64,000 nt of DNA, taken from positions 10,604,001 through 10,668,000 of the forward strand of contig CM052818.1 of the NCBI GenBank assembly GCA_028534125.1, written 5' to 3'. Position numbers and translations under genes: made by a program. This document shows, piece after piece, positions 26,191 to 38,790 of the stretch. A model generated the notes under the pieces. That model was given only the letters and a program-made list of their open reading frames with translations, made no database searches and was not told the origin of the DNA. The number at the start of each line of letters is the position of its first letter. Position 1 is the stretch's first letter. The DNA is from Lama glama. Lineage: Eukaryota.

Positions 26191-28429
26191 AGGACAAAGT
26201 TAAATCACACAGGGATGGAAGCAGACAGACTCTCTCCTTCTCATCCTTCGCCTTCTGGAGGGCAGCAGCGTCCTGGCTTAGCTCACTCTCCATGCTCTGG
26301 CGGAGCTCTGGCTAAGCTTCGTTTTGGGTGATTTCATTTGAATCACACGGCCTGATCCCAGGGCAACCAGTTCTGCCCTGGCCGGTGAGGTGAGAGTACT
26401 ACGAGGTGATTACCTCCTGCAAAGTGAGTCTTGTTCGGTTTTGTATCCCCGTCACCTAGCAGAGGATCTGGCACACAGGAGGGCTGGAGGAACATTGACT
26501 GTGGGATACAGGCCGGAAGCAGCATGTGGCCGGCTGCAGGGCCAGGCAGTAAGATCACAGGAAGTCAGAGGAGGAGGAGACCGCCCTGGGGCTGGGGTTG
26601 GGGAGCAGCGACTGACTGCATTTTCTGACGTTAACACTCCCTGATGGGAGTATCTTGTGGAACAACTTTTGGAGTGTAAATTTGGTCCATTTTAGTCTCC
26701 ATTCCTAGACCTCCTTCACCCTCCCAGTCATTTGCTATTTCAAAACTCTCCAAGATAGTCAACATGGGAAAACCAGGACTTGCACATAAGTAAATCCACG
26801 TTAGATTTCTATTTTATCATTCATTTCAAAGTTATTTCATTGATTGCATTTTGGATTTTGCGGCATAGTGCTGGGGGACCTGCTAAGCTTTTGTGGAGTG
26901 GAGGTTCCTTTAATTCCTTTACCTTCGCCTCCTGCTGAGGAAGGAGCGCAGGTGTGGAGAAAATCTTGACCTAGAGGTTAGCCTTCATTTTCCTTGGACT
27001 TTTCAAAGGGGTGATATTTAAAATATTTCGCCACCAGTACCGCACAGTCTGCAGCAAATGGGGACAAGCGTTGCTCCTGTCAGAAAGGGGCTGGTGATAA
27101 ACAAGCTGTCCTGTGAGTTCTCACTGAGTGCCAGCCTTGCTGTTTCCTATTTGGTTTCCAAGAATTTAGAAGGAGTTTCCCTTCTTTTAGAAACATACAG
27201 AGCCCAGTGCTGGACTTCTATGCATGAAATATTTGAACTCTGCAAGTGCACCTCATATACTGGGTGGGAGGTGCTGACCAGCCTCATGCAAGGGTCACTG
27301 TGGCAAAGCCCATTCCCATAATTGAATATAATCCTACCGTTACTTTGCGTCTCTCTCTGTCAGGAAAATGGAGGCAGCTTTCAACATTTGCCTTCATTTC
27401 ATTACTTAAGAAATTCATGTAGCCTAAAAGGTAAAAAAAATGGAGCAGATATTTTTGTAAGGTGGCTCCTGGCCCTGGGCCTTTTGAGCCTCTGTCTGCC
27501 TGCCTCTGAACAGTGGTCAGGGCAGACACCGGACACAGTTGTGCAGATATAGCCAGAGACTTGGGGAAGGACGCAGGCCCTTTCAGAGCCCGTTTCTCCC
27601 AGGAAGAGTGAGCGTGGCCTGATGCCTGTCCCCACCTCTGGTGACACACTTCACACAGAGACACATGCAGTCGCCAGCCGGCTCCTTTTGCCCGTTAGCT
27701 GAAACTTCCCTCCTTGATGATTTCACTTCAGACACGGCTCTCCCTAAACCTTGCCTTGACTAGAATCATGCAAATGTTGACAGTTCCTCCCCACCCCCAC
27801 CCCCTTTGTTACATCTCACAACCCAGAGAGAATGTGAGGTGAGCTTGTCGGAGGAGATGAAAGATGGCAAGAAATGGGTGTTTGGGGACCAGTTCTTTGG
27901 TGACACCGACTCTGCAATCCTCTTTTCACTCTCAGCACCTCACTCCCTCTCTCGTCTTCTCCCTCTCCCTCGCTGCCCCTGCCTGCTCTCCCCTCGTTCT
28001 CTCTGAAATGGTGTGTGCCTCCAGTAATTTACATAATACTCTTCTGACACCTTTACTTTAGTCATCAATCACGGTACCTTCTCTCAGTCTATCTTTTGTC
28101 TGAGCATGTCTCTTCTTTATCAGGCCATGCACAAAAGATTAATTTCACAGTTTTTCTCCCTTCTTTCTTTCCTTGCAAGATACAAAGCTCATGAAATGAC
28201 AGAAGCAAGATAATGAAAACAACAATGCAAGCAATTTTTTTTTGTTCTTGCAGGTTGGATCTCAAGATACTTTTTCTAACCTCATTGTGTGCCATCTGTC
28301 TTAGAAAAGGTCTGTATTTTTTTAATACCTTTCTGATGCTGCTCAGTAGACTACCTTGGGATGGGGTGTTGGAGATTACATATTTAAATCAGGTCAGAGG
28401 CTTTGGTTTTCAAAATCTTTGGAACAATT

Positions 28430-28640
28430 AAAGCAAGGGGCCCATCTCTAATGGAGGCATGGACTACTGCACAATGCCCACACCCCAATTAATATTAATG
28501 AGATCTTATGCATAGCCAATTTATGACATTTGATTGACTCACCCAACCACCCTTCAACCTGTCTTATAAAGTGAAATATATGGCAAAGGGGGCCTTATTT
28601 GCATATGCATATGTTCTTAATATTAATTAGGCTAATGGAT
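28430..28640. promoter_or_regulatory. Candidate developmental enhancer (HOX/PBX/MEIS, octamer and AP-1 motif cluster)
   Basis: TTTATGAC and TGATTGAC (28520-28538), TGACTCA (28535-28541), ATTTGCAT (28597-28604), and several TAAT/ATTA sites in TE-free sequence. Confidence 0.45.
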
Positions 28641-29399
28641 CTAAGGACTTGGAGATAATTTGGGCACTGGTAAAGAGGGAAAAAAAAATCTGCCACCCGC
28701 AAAACAGAAAAGTGTTCCATGTCCTGTCTCTACACTTGAACAAAAGAAGTTGAACTGGAAGATTAAAAATAACTCCTGCCAATATTTCCTCCTTTTCTTA
28801 TTTCCACAGGATTCATAGTTTTAAAAAATAACAATATTTACCACAGGCATTAGTATTATATATCTTCTTTCTTCCATTTAAATAGTGAAAGACTAAATAG
28901 ATTATGGAATTACCTATAAAAATAAAAGCCTCGTTCAACTGTATGCCGCTGGCCATAGGTCAGCTCTCTCCCGTCCTCTAGGGAGATGCTGTGGCTGCGG
29001 GAGGATGCAGTGTGTCACAGGGGCATGTGTCAGATATAGGACGAGGGGTTATGTCAGGAGGCAGTGTTCTCAAGGACATCTGCTTTAGAAAGGTCACTAA
29101 TGGAACTTATCCTCACAGCGGAGTGACTGGGAAAAACTCCTTTGATGTAGCCTAATGAAGCCTGGAGAAGAGAGTCAGACTTCATGGCTTTTGTTGTTGA
29201 GACTAGGGGCAACAGATATCCTGATTTTTTTCTTTCAAACTATCCTTTAATGGTCTTTGACTCTCATGATATAAGGAAAAACATTTCTGTATCAGTTCAC
29301 CCTCTATGTGCTAAAGGATGATCAAACCAGGTACCTAGCAGGCTTTGGACAGCAGACTAGTCATATGAGCTTGCTTCATGGTACCATAAGTAGTAGGCA

Positions 29400-29640
29400 T
29401 TGTAAGTAATAACAGTGACTGTCACTTGAGTGCTTATTCTGTACCAAAAATTATGGAAAGCGCATTCCATATTCTATCTTATGCCAGTTCTGTAAAGCAT
29501 GGATTTAAATTCTTATTCCAGAAATCCTTACTCCAGTAAATTGAACCCCAGAGAGATTATGGGACGTGCCTAAGTTCACTCACTGGGAACAGTGAGGCCA
29601 GAATTCACACCTGGGGGGACAATGATTCTGAAGTGTAATC
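29400..29640 (-). mobile_element. MIR SINE
   Basis: cacttgagtgcttattctgtacca...cagagagattatgggacgtgcctaagttcac...gaggccagaattcacacc. Confidence 0.65.
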
Positions 29641-30769
29641 TCTTTCCTTTGGTCTTCCAAGGTCAGAACCACTCAGGGGTATTACAGACGGGAAGTAGCT
29701 CAGCCTAGAGTCATTAAAATAGCAACAGACACTCTAGGAAGAGGGATGCACTGTGCTTCCTTTTAAGATAGACAATGCCTTGGCTAAGTCCATGGTGTCC
29801 AAGTAAATAATTACATTCAACTATGGAAATGATTATTAGTTGCCTCACAGATAAGAGAAAGTGAGATATGGAAAGATGACTTGATTAATTGCCAGGTCAG
29901 TAAAGTGCTTTGGAACATAAAATATTTATTTGTATTTAACATTTTATGAGTGGAAACTCTTTAAGGAATAAAGTCTTACTGAGAAAAATCTTACAGCGTT
30001 TACTAGAATGGTCACATGCACAGAAAGAAGAGTGGGACAAATAGAAGGGGACCGGATGAGGTCTGTGCTGAGGGAAATCCAAGGTGGTAGCGTTTGAGAC
30101 CAGTAAGGAATGGAGGCCTCGGAGCCAGGGATGGCCCCGTGGGTTCTTTTCCTAACTCGCCATCCCCTCTCTGAAATCCAGTGGCTAGGCACATCTGATG
30201 TTAAAACTCTTCTGGAGATTTTGCCTTCTGATAGAATTCCTAGTGAATTTTATGAGCTGCCCCACCCCTCACTTGCTCTCTAGTGCAAATACGTGTGAGT
30301 GTGTGTGTGTCTCATATGAACATACATTTTAGGGGAGGAAAGTGGGAGAAGCAGGGAAGGATGAGGAGAACCTTGTTTCCAGAAGTCCCAGGCTCGAATT
30401 CAGCACTTACAGGACTGGTGGGGGCCAATATGATGAGCCTTCTCTCTGATAACCATTCATTCTGCCCAAACATGTTACTTTTTTTCTGTGTGTGTTTGAA
30501 TTATCTCTGCTGCTGAGAATGCTTTGACTATATTGTAAAGATGTGACAGGTAGTAAAAGAGTGTGCATGAAGCAATCATGGAGCTGATAAGCTTTATTCT
30601 CTCATCACATTAAATATATGATCATTAAACAAGGGCTTGTTTGCAGAGAAACAGTGGGAGAAGGAGGCAGAAGGAGGGAAAAGACTGAAGAGTGACCAAT
30701 GCCTGTTATTCTTACCCACGTCTAGCCCAGTAAGAGTCAGTCTAGTAGAATGTATGCCTGGAATTACAT

Positions 30770-30950
30770 CCTGGCTCAGCCCCTTACGAGCTAGGTACCC
30801 AGAGCTAGGTAACCACCCTGTACCTCAGGTTTTTGCCTTTGCAAATGAGGTAGAATAAGAGCACTTATCTTGTACTGGATGGCTGGGCAACTTAAACGTA
30901 CAGTGCTTGGCACATAGTAAGTGCTGAGTACATATTGGCTCTCATTTTTA
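30770..30950 (+). mobile_element. MIR SINE
   Basis: cctggctcagccccttacgagct...tgtacctcagg...cagtgcttggcacatagtaagtgct. Confidence 0.7.
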
Positions 30951-31029
30951 TTCCTGCCAGGTTTCTCCACCCGGATGATACACTAAACTGCCTGCTCTTC
31001 TCACTAAGCATTCTTGGAATTCACTCAAG

Positions 31030-31680
31030 AGTATCATTTTTCAATAAGTCTGTATTACCACTGCCAATCACATTTCCAGGTGCAGGGGATGAGCAGGACC
31101 AATGGGACAGCTGCCCTCACCGAGCTTATGGTCTAGCTGAGCAGAAAGATATTTAACAACTGAATATACTAGAGTAAGAGGAGTACCGAGCGTGAGGATT
31201 TGTGTGAGTCATGGAAGGGGCCAGAGCAGGAACTGCCTGAGTCCAGATGTCAGGGCAGATCCCAAGCTGGGATCTGGAGGGCAGATCACAGAGAGCCGCG
31301 AAAGGAGGTGGGGAAGGAGCGGCATGGGGACACTGGCAAAAGCAGCATGAGCAAACCTCCGGAGCTGGGAACAGGCAGACATAGGGTCAGGGGATGAGAA
31401 ATGGCCAGAGTGGCTGGGCCTTAAAGAGTACAGGGAAGAAAATGATGGAGGGAAGGTGGGAGGGGCTGGCAGAGCTCAGCCACGTGAGGTGTGGTCTGTC
31501 ACTCAACAGGGTGGGATTTAGGCCCAGAATAATGGGAAACCCCTGGCAGGATTTAAAACAAGAGAGTTAGATGCGATGAGATGTATACGTCTTTGAAAAG
31601 ATTGCTAGACTGGAAGGGTGGGAGGCAGAGGGAGACCAGTGCACCTGGCTGGTGAGGAGCTGGGGACTGCTAGTGATTAA
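31030..31680 (-). mobile_element. L2 fragment
   Basis: ctgccctcaccgagcttatggtctag...aataatgggaaacccctggcaggatttaaaacaagagag...tttgaaaagat. Confidence 0.7.
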
Positions 31681-32151
31681 GGAGAGGGGCAGGGGAATGA
31701 GCAAGCCCCAGGGTGAATTATCCTCCAACGTCCTTCAGCCAAACCGTGGTCTCTTGGACAATTGCTCCGGGCCACGGAGGGCAGGTTGTGTGTTCCCATG
31801 TAACAGGAACCTTCCTAAAACTGCAAGCCCACCTGTGAGCTCCAGGAGCAGCTCCAAGAGCATTTTCTCTTAAACCTTCAAGTTCTAGGTTCCTCTCCAC
31901 CTGCCAAAAGGAAATGTGTCAAGAGCACTTTAGGAGAAAGCACACCGGCAATCTCTCTCTCTCCCTTCACCTCCTCTGTCTCTCCCTCTCCGGCAGTGGG
32001 AAGGCTGAGCTGTGGAATCCCTTGCACTGGGAGAAAGCATGCACTGGAAACGCAGACCACTTTTCCTTCCAACTGTGCCAGCCTCACGGCTAGCCCCACA
32101 GAAGGCTAGCCCCACAGAATGTGCGTGCTCGCTCACCGCACGTTGACTCAC

Positions 32152-32282
32152 CTGGTCCCGTTGATCACCGTCTTCTCTACCCCCGAAGAGGGGCCGGGGT
32201 CTGGGGATATGATGTGTCTGTGATTGCCGAGTCCTCTTTTTCCATCTGCTCAGCATTGATCAAGGTGATAGTGTTTGAGATT
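32152..32282 (-). other. Candidate spliced exon (non-coding or 5' UTR)
   Basis: Minus-strand acceptor cctcccctcgcactgtcctctcgcacag|AATCTC and perfect donor CAG|GTGAGT. All three frames contain a stop. Confidence 0.35.
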
Positions 32283-34289
32283 CTGTGCGAGAGGACAGTG
32301 CGAGGGGAGGCTGCGGCTGACTAGCCCAAGATGCTGGGCTGCAGCCAGAGGAGCAAAACGTGAAGTTTGATCCCAAGCCTGTCATTCAGCTCGAGTGCCT
32401 GTCAGACCCCTAGGGTTCCCAGACCTGCAGGCTGCCATTTGGACCAACATTTGGGAAGCAGGATGCTTATGGAATCCATTTTGGGTTTGGCAGCCAGAAC
32501 AAAGAACTAAGTTGGAATGGAGCAAAGAGGTGTAAATGTAGCCCAGAGCAGGGGGCTATCTGGTGTCTCATTGCTGACCCTCCTGAGGCAAGGGTGGGGT
32601 GTTTGGCAAGAGGGTGTATATAAGGAGACTGTTTAAACCCCCTATAACAAGCCAAAAGAGGGCAAGCCAAATTGCAAATGAGGCCTCTCAGGCAGCTGCT
32701 TCCCAGAGATGAGTAAACCCAATCTTTGTTCATCTGTAGGTCCAAAGGGTTTTTTGTACTGCACTGTACAGTGAGGGCACACCGGAGGTGAATCTTGCAT
32801 ATCTGTGGGAATCGGCACACTCTCTTAAGTGCTACCCTACTAGTAGGATGTGCTACTTTCTGGGACTTTGGCTAAAACACGCTTGGCTCCTAGCGGTCCC
32901 TATAAACTGCATCCTAAAGAATGTGGGTCTTTGCAGGGAAATCTGCGGGTACCATCTTCCCAAACCCCACCCTACACGCACACTCGTACACACACTCCAG
33001 TGAGTCCAGTTCTGCTTGAAAAAAACTCTAAAATACTCTCCGTCCTTCATAGATGGAGGAAAAACCCTTTAGGCGTTAGATACTGCAGTAATTACTATAT
33101 AATGGAGTAAATACTATACTATAATAATTAACTTGTAAACCTTGAAATAACATTTACTGTAATTTAGACCAAATATGAACTGTGAATAATGAAGCTCGAT
33201 CCAACATGAAATCATTTGCAGGGCACTTTAAATGTATGCCTGGGAAAGAGAAAGCATTCCATCGTTACCAAAATGGGCCCAAGCGAGGCCCTCAGACGCC
33301 GGAAGTGCATGCAGCTGCCATTGTTTTGAAATAGCTTGTTAGCATTTTTCTTTTCTTTTTTAATAAATTGCTTCTCTCTTACCTTTTCCTAAACTGTCCT
33401 TTCAGGCTGTCAGAAGGAGTCCAGGGTTTTGTTTTGTTTTGAATTTAGTTTTTATCCAAATGATTGCAAATGCTCTATGCAAAGCTAACATTTAAAGCCT
33501 GGGCAAGAATCTTGGAGTTGGGCAGAGGGCAAGAAGGTTCTTGCGGTGCCTACGTCAGCAGTAAACTGTGGATGCGTCTGGAGAGGTGATCTGTGAGACA
33601 AAGCTGCTTCTGACCACCGTGGCACCAGGGGCTTGGGACACCCAGAAAGTAACACGCCTTTTGATTATTCAGCATGTCATGCCTTTGCTTCCACATCCCT
33701 TTTCCACAGGCTTCCGCAGCCTCCGAGAAGCTCTGGGTTGGGGGGGTGCAGAGGATAGATTCGTCTCCCTGTACAAGCCCCCACCTCCCTTACTCATGAA
33801 AGGCAAGGAAGGGGCTTGTATTAGGTGGAGCCGAATGAAATTGCTACTTTTCTAAGTGCAAAGCAAGGTAATATTGGCAATGCCATATGGTTCAACCCAA
33901 TGCAAAGTACACAGTGTGTGCCTCCTGACGTCAGACCCCAGTGCCTTCCTCTGAGCCACTGCTTAGGCTCCAGACTCAGTTAAAAGTTGCCTCTGACGGT
34001 TTCATAGTGCCCAGCTCCCAGCCCTCCCTTCTCGAGTCACTCTTTTGGAAAATATCATGTGTTCTTCACTTACCTTCCTAGCTTTTTCGCTCATGGTCTA
34101 CAAACCTTTTACTCTAATCAGACTGAACCATTTCTTGTTTTTTATTACAGCATTTCCAACTCTGATACTTTGTGTTTTCAGGTCCCCACTCCCCCAGAAT
34201 GCCGTTTTGGCTGACTTGAATTCTGCCCATCCTTTTAAAGAGACAAACTCTACCTTTTCTCTAATGCCTCTCTTGAACAAAGAAAATTT

Positions 34290-34500
34290 AAGCTGGGAAT
34301 TAACATAGCTGGCCTTCACTGAGCACTATGTGTCACTGAACACTGACTGGGGGCATGATATGGATTATTTTATAATCTTCGCAAAACCCTCATGAGGCAG
34401 GTTCTATTCCTCACCCTATTTCAGAGATGAGAAAACTGACACACATACTAAGGTTTAGTAATGTGCCCAGGATCACACCACTAGGCTATCAAAGGATTTC
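34290..34500 (-). mobile_element. MIR SINE
   Basis: cactgagcactatgtg...ccctatttcagagatgagaaaactga...tgcccaggatcacacc. Confidence 0.8.
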
Positions 34501-34989
34501 TCTTTGGTGATCATGGCCTGGAGCTGACACCAATATTCTTGCAAAGAACAGTCCAGTTTGAGAGCAGTCACAAGAGCCATCTCCAGATGTTTGAAGGATT
34601 GGTTGAAGAAAAGGAGTGAGATGTTCTCAGGTATGGCAGAGAGAGCCAGGACCACTGTGAGGTGTCAGCTTATCACAACATCCAAATCATTTCAAATCTT
34701 TGAAAATAAGCTATCTGACTCCTGGAAATGGAATGGGTTGCCACATGAGAATGAGTGAGCGGCTCATCACTGGAGATATTCAAGTGGAGACTATGGATAT
34801 GAGATTCACATACAGATGGTCTCTAAGGCGTAACAGCTTCATGGCTAAGAACACGGGCTGTAGAATAAACTGGATGGGTTCAAAATTCCAACTCCACATT
34901 TACACTGTTCATCCAAACACACACCCCCTCCCTCACACACATCCATTCCCGTCCTGCCACACCTGCTGTCTTGAATCCATGCCTACTAT

Positions 34990-35158
34990 TTACACTTCTC
35001 AAATCTTAATAAAGGTGTGAATCCCTTTGATTGGGGGATTTTGTTAAAATTCAGATTCTGATTCAGTAGGCCTGGATGGGACCTGAGATTCTACATTTCC
35101 AATAGGCTTCCAGGTGATGCTAAGAGGCTCTGGTACAAGGCTACTCTGAATGGCAAGG
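34990..35158 (+). mobile_element. MER5A (hAT-Charlie)
   Basis: ttgttaaaattcagattctgattcagtaggcctggatgggacctgagattctacatttccaataggcttccaggtgatgc. Confidence 0.8.
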
Positions 35159-36324
35159 CCTTCTATGTATGCCTGACCTCTAGCTCCAAAAATTTGTGAT
35201 ATTAGCTATTTTCCCTATCAGATTTAGGCAGATAGTAATAATTGATTGATTGCTTGTGTATACTTTCCAACCTCAGACGGCCAAATTTTGATGATAAGAA
35301 AAATAATCCCTCAAGGGCCCACTCCTCAGTAGGGCCACCCATATCACTCTTTGCCTTCATGCCAACTAATACATTGTTAAAAATTCTGTGTGATTTCCTT
35401 CTTTTACTCTTTTGTGAAAATTGCTCTGACATCTCTCATAGCGTTTGCCAGCAGAGATTTTAATTGGAACATGGATAAGGTTTTGAGCAAATGGCAAACA
35501 GTGGGAATTTAGATCAGTTAGGCCAGTGGTTTCAATAACGGACGTCTCTGCAGAGATAAATAATTTTAGGGGGAAACACACATTCAAATCTGTCAGATTA
35601 TTCCACTACATTCTTACTGGTTTTTTATTTTCAGATAACACCACACCTACATATAAATTCTTTTTTCACCTTCCATATTTAAAGCAAGTGACCACTGAAC
35701 TCTCCCTTCTCCAGAGACCTGAAAGCGTTAATGCTCTTCTTTCTGTCTGTTGTAAGTTGTTGGTGTCACAGACGGGGTTTCTGCTCGACACTGGGTCCCA
35801 GAGACTTCTGTGTGTGCATCCTGATATTAACACAATGCATTGAAATCATATTTACTGTTTACTCTTTCAGAGAAAGATCAAAGATGGGGGAGTTGGATGC
35901 TTTTAAGCAGTTTTTCAAGAAACAAAAGGCTACATTTTTGAAATGCCATCTATTACCAGTCCACAGTTCAGACTCTGGGAAGACTCGTTAGCACTTGCAC
36001 GGGTCCCTCCCTCCCTGGAAACAGTGCAGGAATTACACTCTGAGATGTGACCGTTGAAACAGACTCAAAGTCAACGTGCATTAATTACTTACCACAACAG
36101 TGGTTAATGTGCCCTGAAGTACTCCCAGCTCCTCTCGGCCTGGGGCTTGATGTTGATAGTCAGATTTTCTTGAAAAATGTCTTGGATGCTTTGCTTACAC
36201 CATTTCCCAAAGTGCTTCTGGATTACAGCGCATGTGCTTTCCCTCTCCATCTCGATGCTGGACGGGATGGAGGAAGGAAAGCCTCAGAGAGTTGTCACAT
36301 TACAGCTGTGGTGGGGTTTAATAA

Positions 36325-36520
36325 GGTCCTAAAGTGTTAGAGCTAAAAAGGGGCATAGTAATCCTCTCCCTCGAGTTCAGCCCCCCTTATTTTATAAAGA
36401 GGAAATGAAGGCCCAGAGAGGTAGAGTCAAATGACTCTACCAGGGTCACACAGCTCATTAGCAGCTGAGTCAAAATGCAAGCCCTGTTCCCCTGAATCAA
36501 AGTCCCATACTGTTTCTGTA
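36325..36520 (-). mobile_element. MIR SINE
   Basis: ccccttattttataaagaggaaatgaaggcccagagagg...cagggtcacacagctcattagcag. Confidence 0.75.
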
Positions 36521-36998
36521 TCAAAGTGAACTGCCTTTCTAGCGAGCCCCTGCTGCAGTGGGAAGGGCTTGATTCCTTGTTGGAGTCACCTGAAGAAGGC
36601 CTGGTTCTTCTGGCATTACCCTAGGCCACACCCAGCTGCTTCTCCAGTCCTCTGCTCCAGGGAGGAGGAGATTTTCCACATCTGCTCCTCCTTTTTTTAT
36701 TTTTCTCACAGTTTTACCCTCCTCTGTCTTGAAACTCTGAGCTCTGATGCTACTTCACATTCTCTGAGGCATTTCAGTGTGGTGATCACCCACAGCTACC
36801 CTCGTGGCCCTGAGTTCTATGGCCTACAGTTTGGTTGGTTTTTGCTTCTTCTATGTCAAGACTTCTCCCTCCTCCATCTCTTCTCCTTGGGTTGTGCTCT
36901 CTTCTGTAACACTAGAGACAATGGATGATGTGTTGACACCTGTCCAGGTAATATGCTTGCTGTGGAGCAGCACCTCCCGCAGTAACCCAGAGGAGTGA

Positions 36999-37012
36999 CC
37001 GCCATCTGGTGG
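36999..37012 (-). promoter_or_regulatory. CTCF core motif
   Basis: Minus strand CCACCAGATGGCGG matches the consensus CCASYAGRKGGCRS at every position. Confidence 0.55.
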
Positions 37013-38569
37013 GTTGAGTGCACCACGGACAGAGCGGACAGAGATGAGGATTGAGGGTAATTTGGTGTTCATGGAATATCCTGACATTTTCCTCTGTGGG
37101 CAGCCACAGCTCTGCAACACTTGCCCAGGGAATATGCGCCTCCTTGGATGTGCCAGGCACTGCGAGGACCCGATATGAAAACCTGGGTTCCTGTTGTTAT
37201 GAAGTGCACAGAACAGGGCAACATGAAAAGATACTTAAGTTGTGTCCAGCAGAGAGTAGTGTGACCACAAGGCTGACCACAAGGGTCAGAGTGAGCTTTG
37301 TATATTGTATAGGAGGTGGTGATTGGATTAAGCCTTGAATAACATTGAGGATCTTGTTGGCTTATCTATGCAGGGTGGGGTTACTGAGGAAAGCTTGGGG
37401 TGAGTACAAAGGGAGGGGTATGGCCAGGATGAAACAGCATGGACAGAGACAAGAGGCAGGAAGGCATATGACTGCTTAGTGGGACAGAATAACGCCCAAT
37501 ACTCTTGGCTCAAAGTGCCTCTTGCCAGCGTGTTGACACAATGTCCTGGCAAAGCAGGCCTTGATATGGAGCAAGCCTAAAGGCAAGCTTGCAGCCGTGA
37601 TCTTGGAGACACAGACCTTCACACCTTATCTCCTCACAAGCCTCATTCCCCCGTTCCAGCCCAGGCTGCCTCGACCTCTAGTCAGACCTCGTGCTTCCAT
37701 TCTGTCCTCACCAGTGGCCCCTCTCTTGCATCTGGCCAGATGCTCCCATCCTTCCTCCTGCCTCCCTAGCCTTGACTCTTCCTTTCAGAGTCCAAGTCCT
37801 CCCTCCTCCTCTGTGAAATCTTCTCTGGACATTTTACAGTGAGGAGGAGACTCACACACCACCACCTCAGGTCTGCAAAGATAGTCTATTTCATAATTTT
37901 CTTTAAATCAAGTAAAATCTGCCTCTAAGACCCTGTCTGCCCAGAATGATGGTAAATTCAATCTCAGTGATTATTCCTCCTCCTTCCTAGGGGTTATAAG
38001 CCTTCCTGTAGCTGGAAAATGGAGGCAGGGCCTCTGGTTTTCAATCCACCATGCTTGTTTTAGATCTCCTCTCTCTCCAAGCCCATATCCTCCTGGAAGG
38101 TGGGTGACTCTGTCACTCTCAGGTTTTTCAGAGCCTGTAAGACCTGGGCTGGGGATTCCATTGCCCAGGGTCCAGCCTTCCTGGGGGAAACCACATAGCT
38201 GTTCTTCTCTGAGGTCTTGCACTACCAGTGGTGGGGGATGGCTCTCTGCCTTCCCCAGACTTGCTAGCATCCTCCTTGTCCCAGTCTTGGCACCACTTCT
38301 CCTCTCTGTAGCTCCCTCAAAACTACTCACTTCTTTCTGTGCCCCAGGACTTTGACATCACTTCTTATTTATGAATTTAGACTTTCATAGGAGACAGGAA
38401 GAGAGGGCACTTTAGAATCTTCAGCTTCCAACCTGCTGCACAAAACTTCTGGAGCCAATAGGGCACCGAGGGCTGGGCTCCCTTCTCTGGAGAGGTAGGA
38501 GTTTGCTAGAGGGAGGAGAATACACTGAGAATGAAACTCAAACTCAAATTAATATGTCAAAAAATTATC

Positions 38570-38790
38570 TGGATCACAATCCCATCTATCCTTTGAATTC
38601 TAGATTTAGACAAGTCACCTGCCTAGACTAATGCTCCCTGCCTTAGTTTCCTTATCTATAAAATGGCAGTAATATTAATAATTACTTCCTAGGGTTGTTT
38701 AAGAATTAAATTACTTAATACTTGCAAGTTACATGGAACAGTACCTGAATCAAATTGTGAGCTGCTACATTAGTTATTAGCCATTTGACT
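38570..38790 (+). mobile_element. MIR SINE
   Basis: tgccttagtttccttatctataaaatggcagtaat...agggttgtttaagaattaaat...gaacagtacctg. Confidence 0.75.

Noticed and set aside
28780..28860. Strong acceptor-like tract (ttttcttatttccacag)
   Set aside because: All frames close within ~45 nt and there is no good donor nearby. Isolated acceptor-like sites are common.
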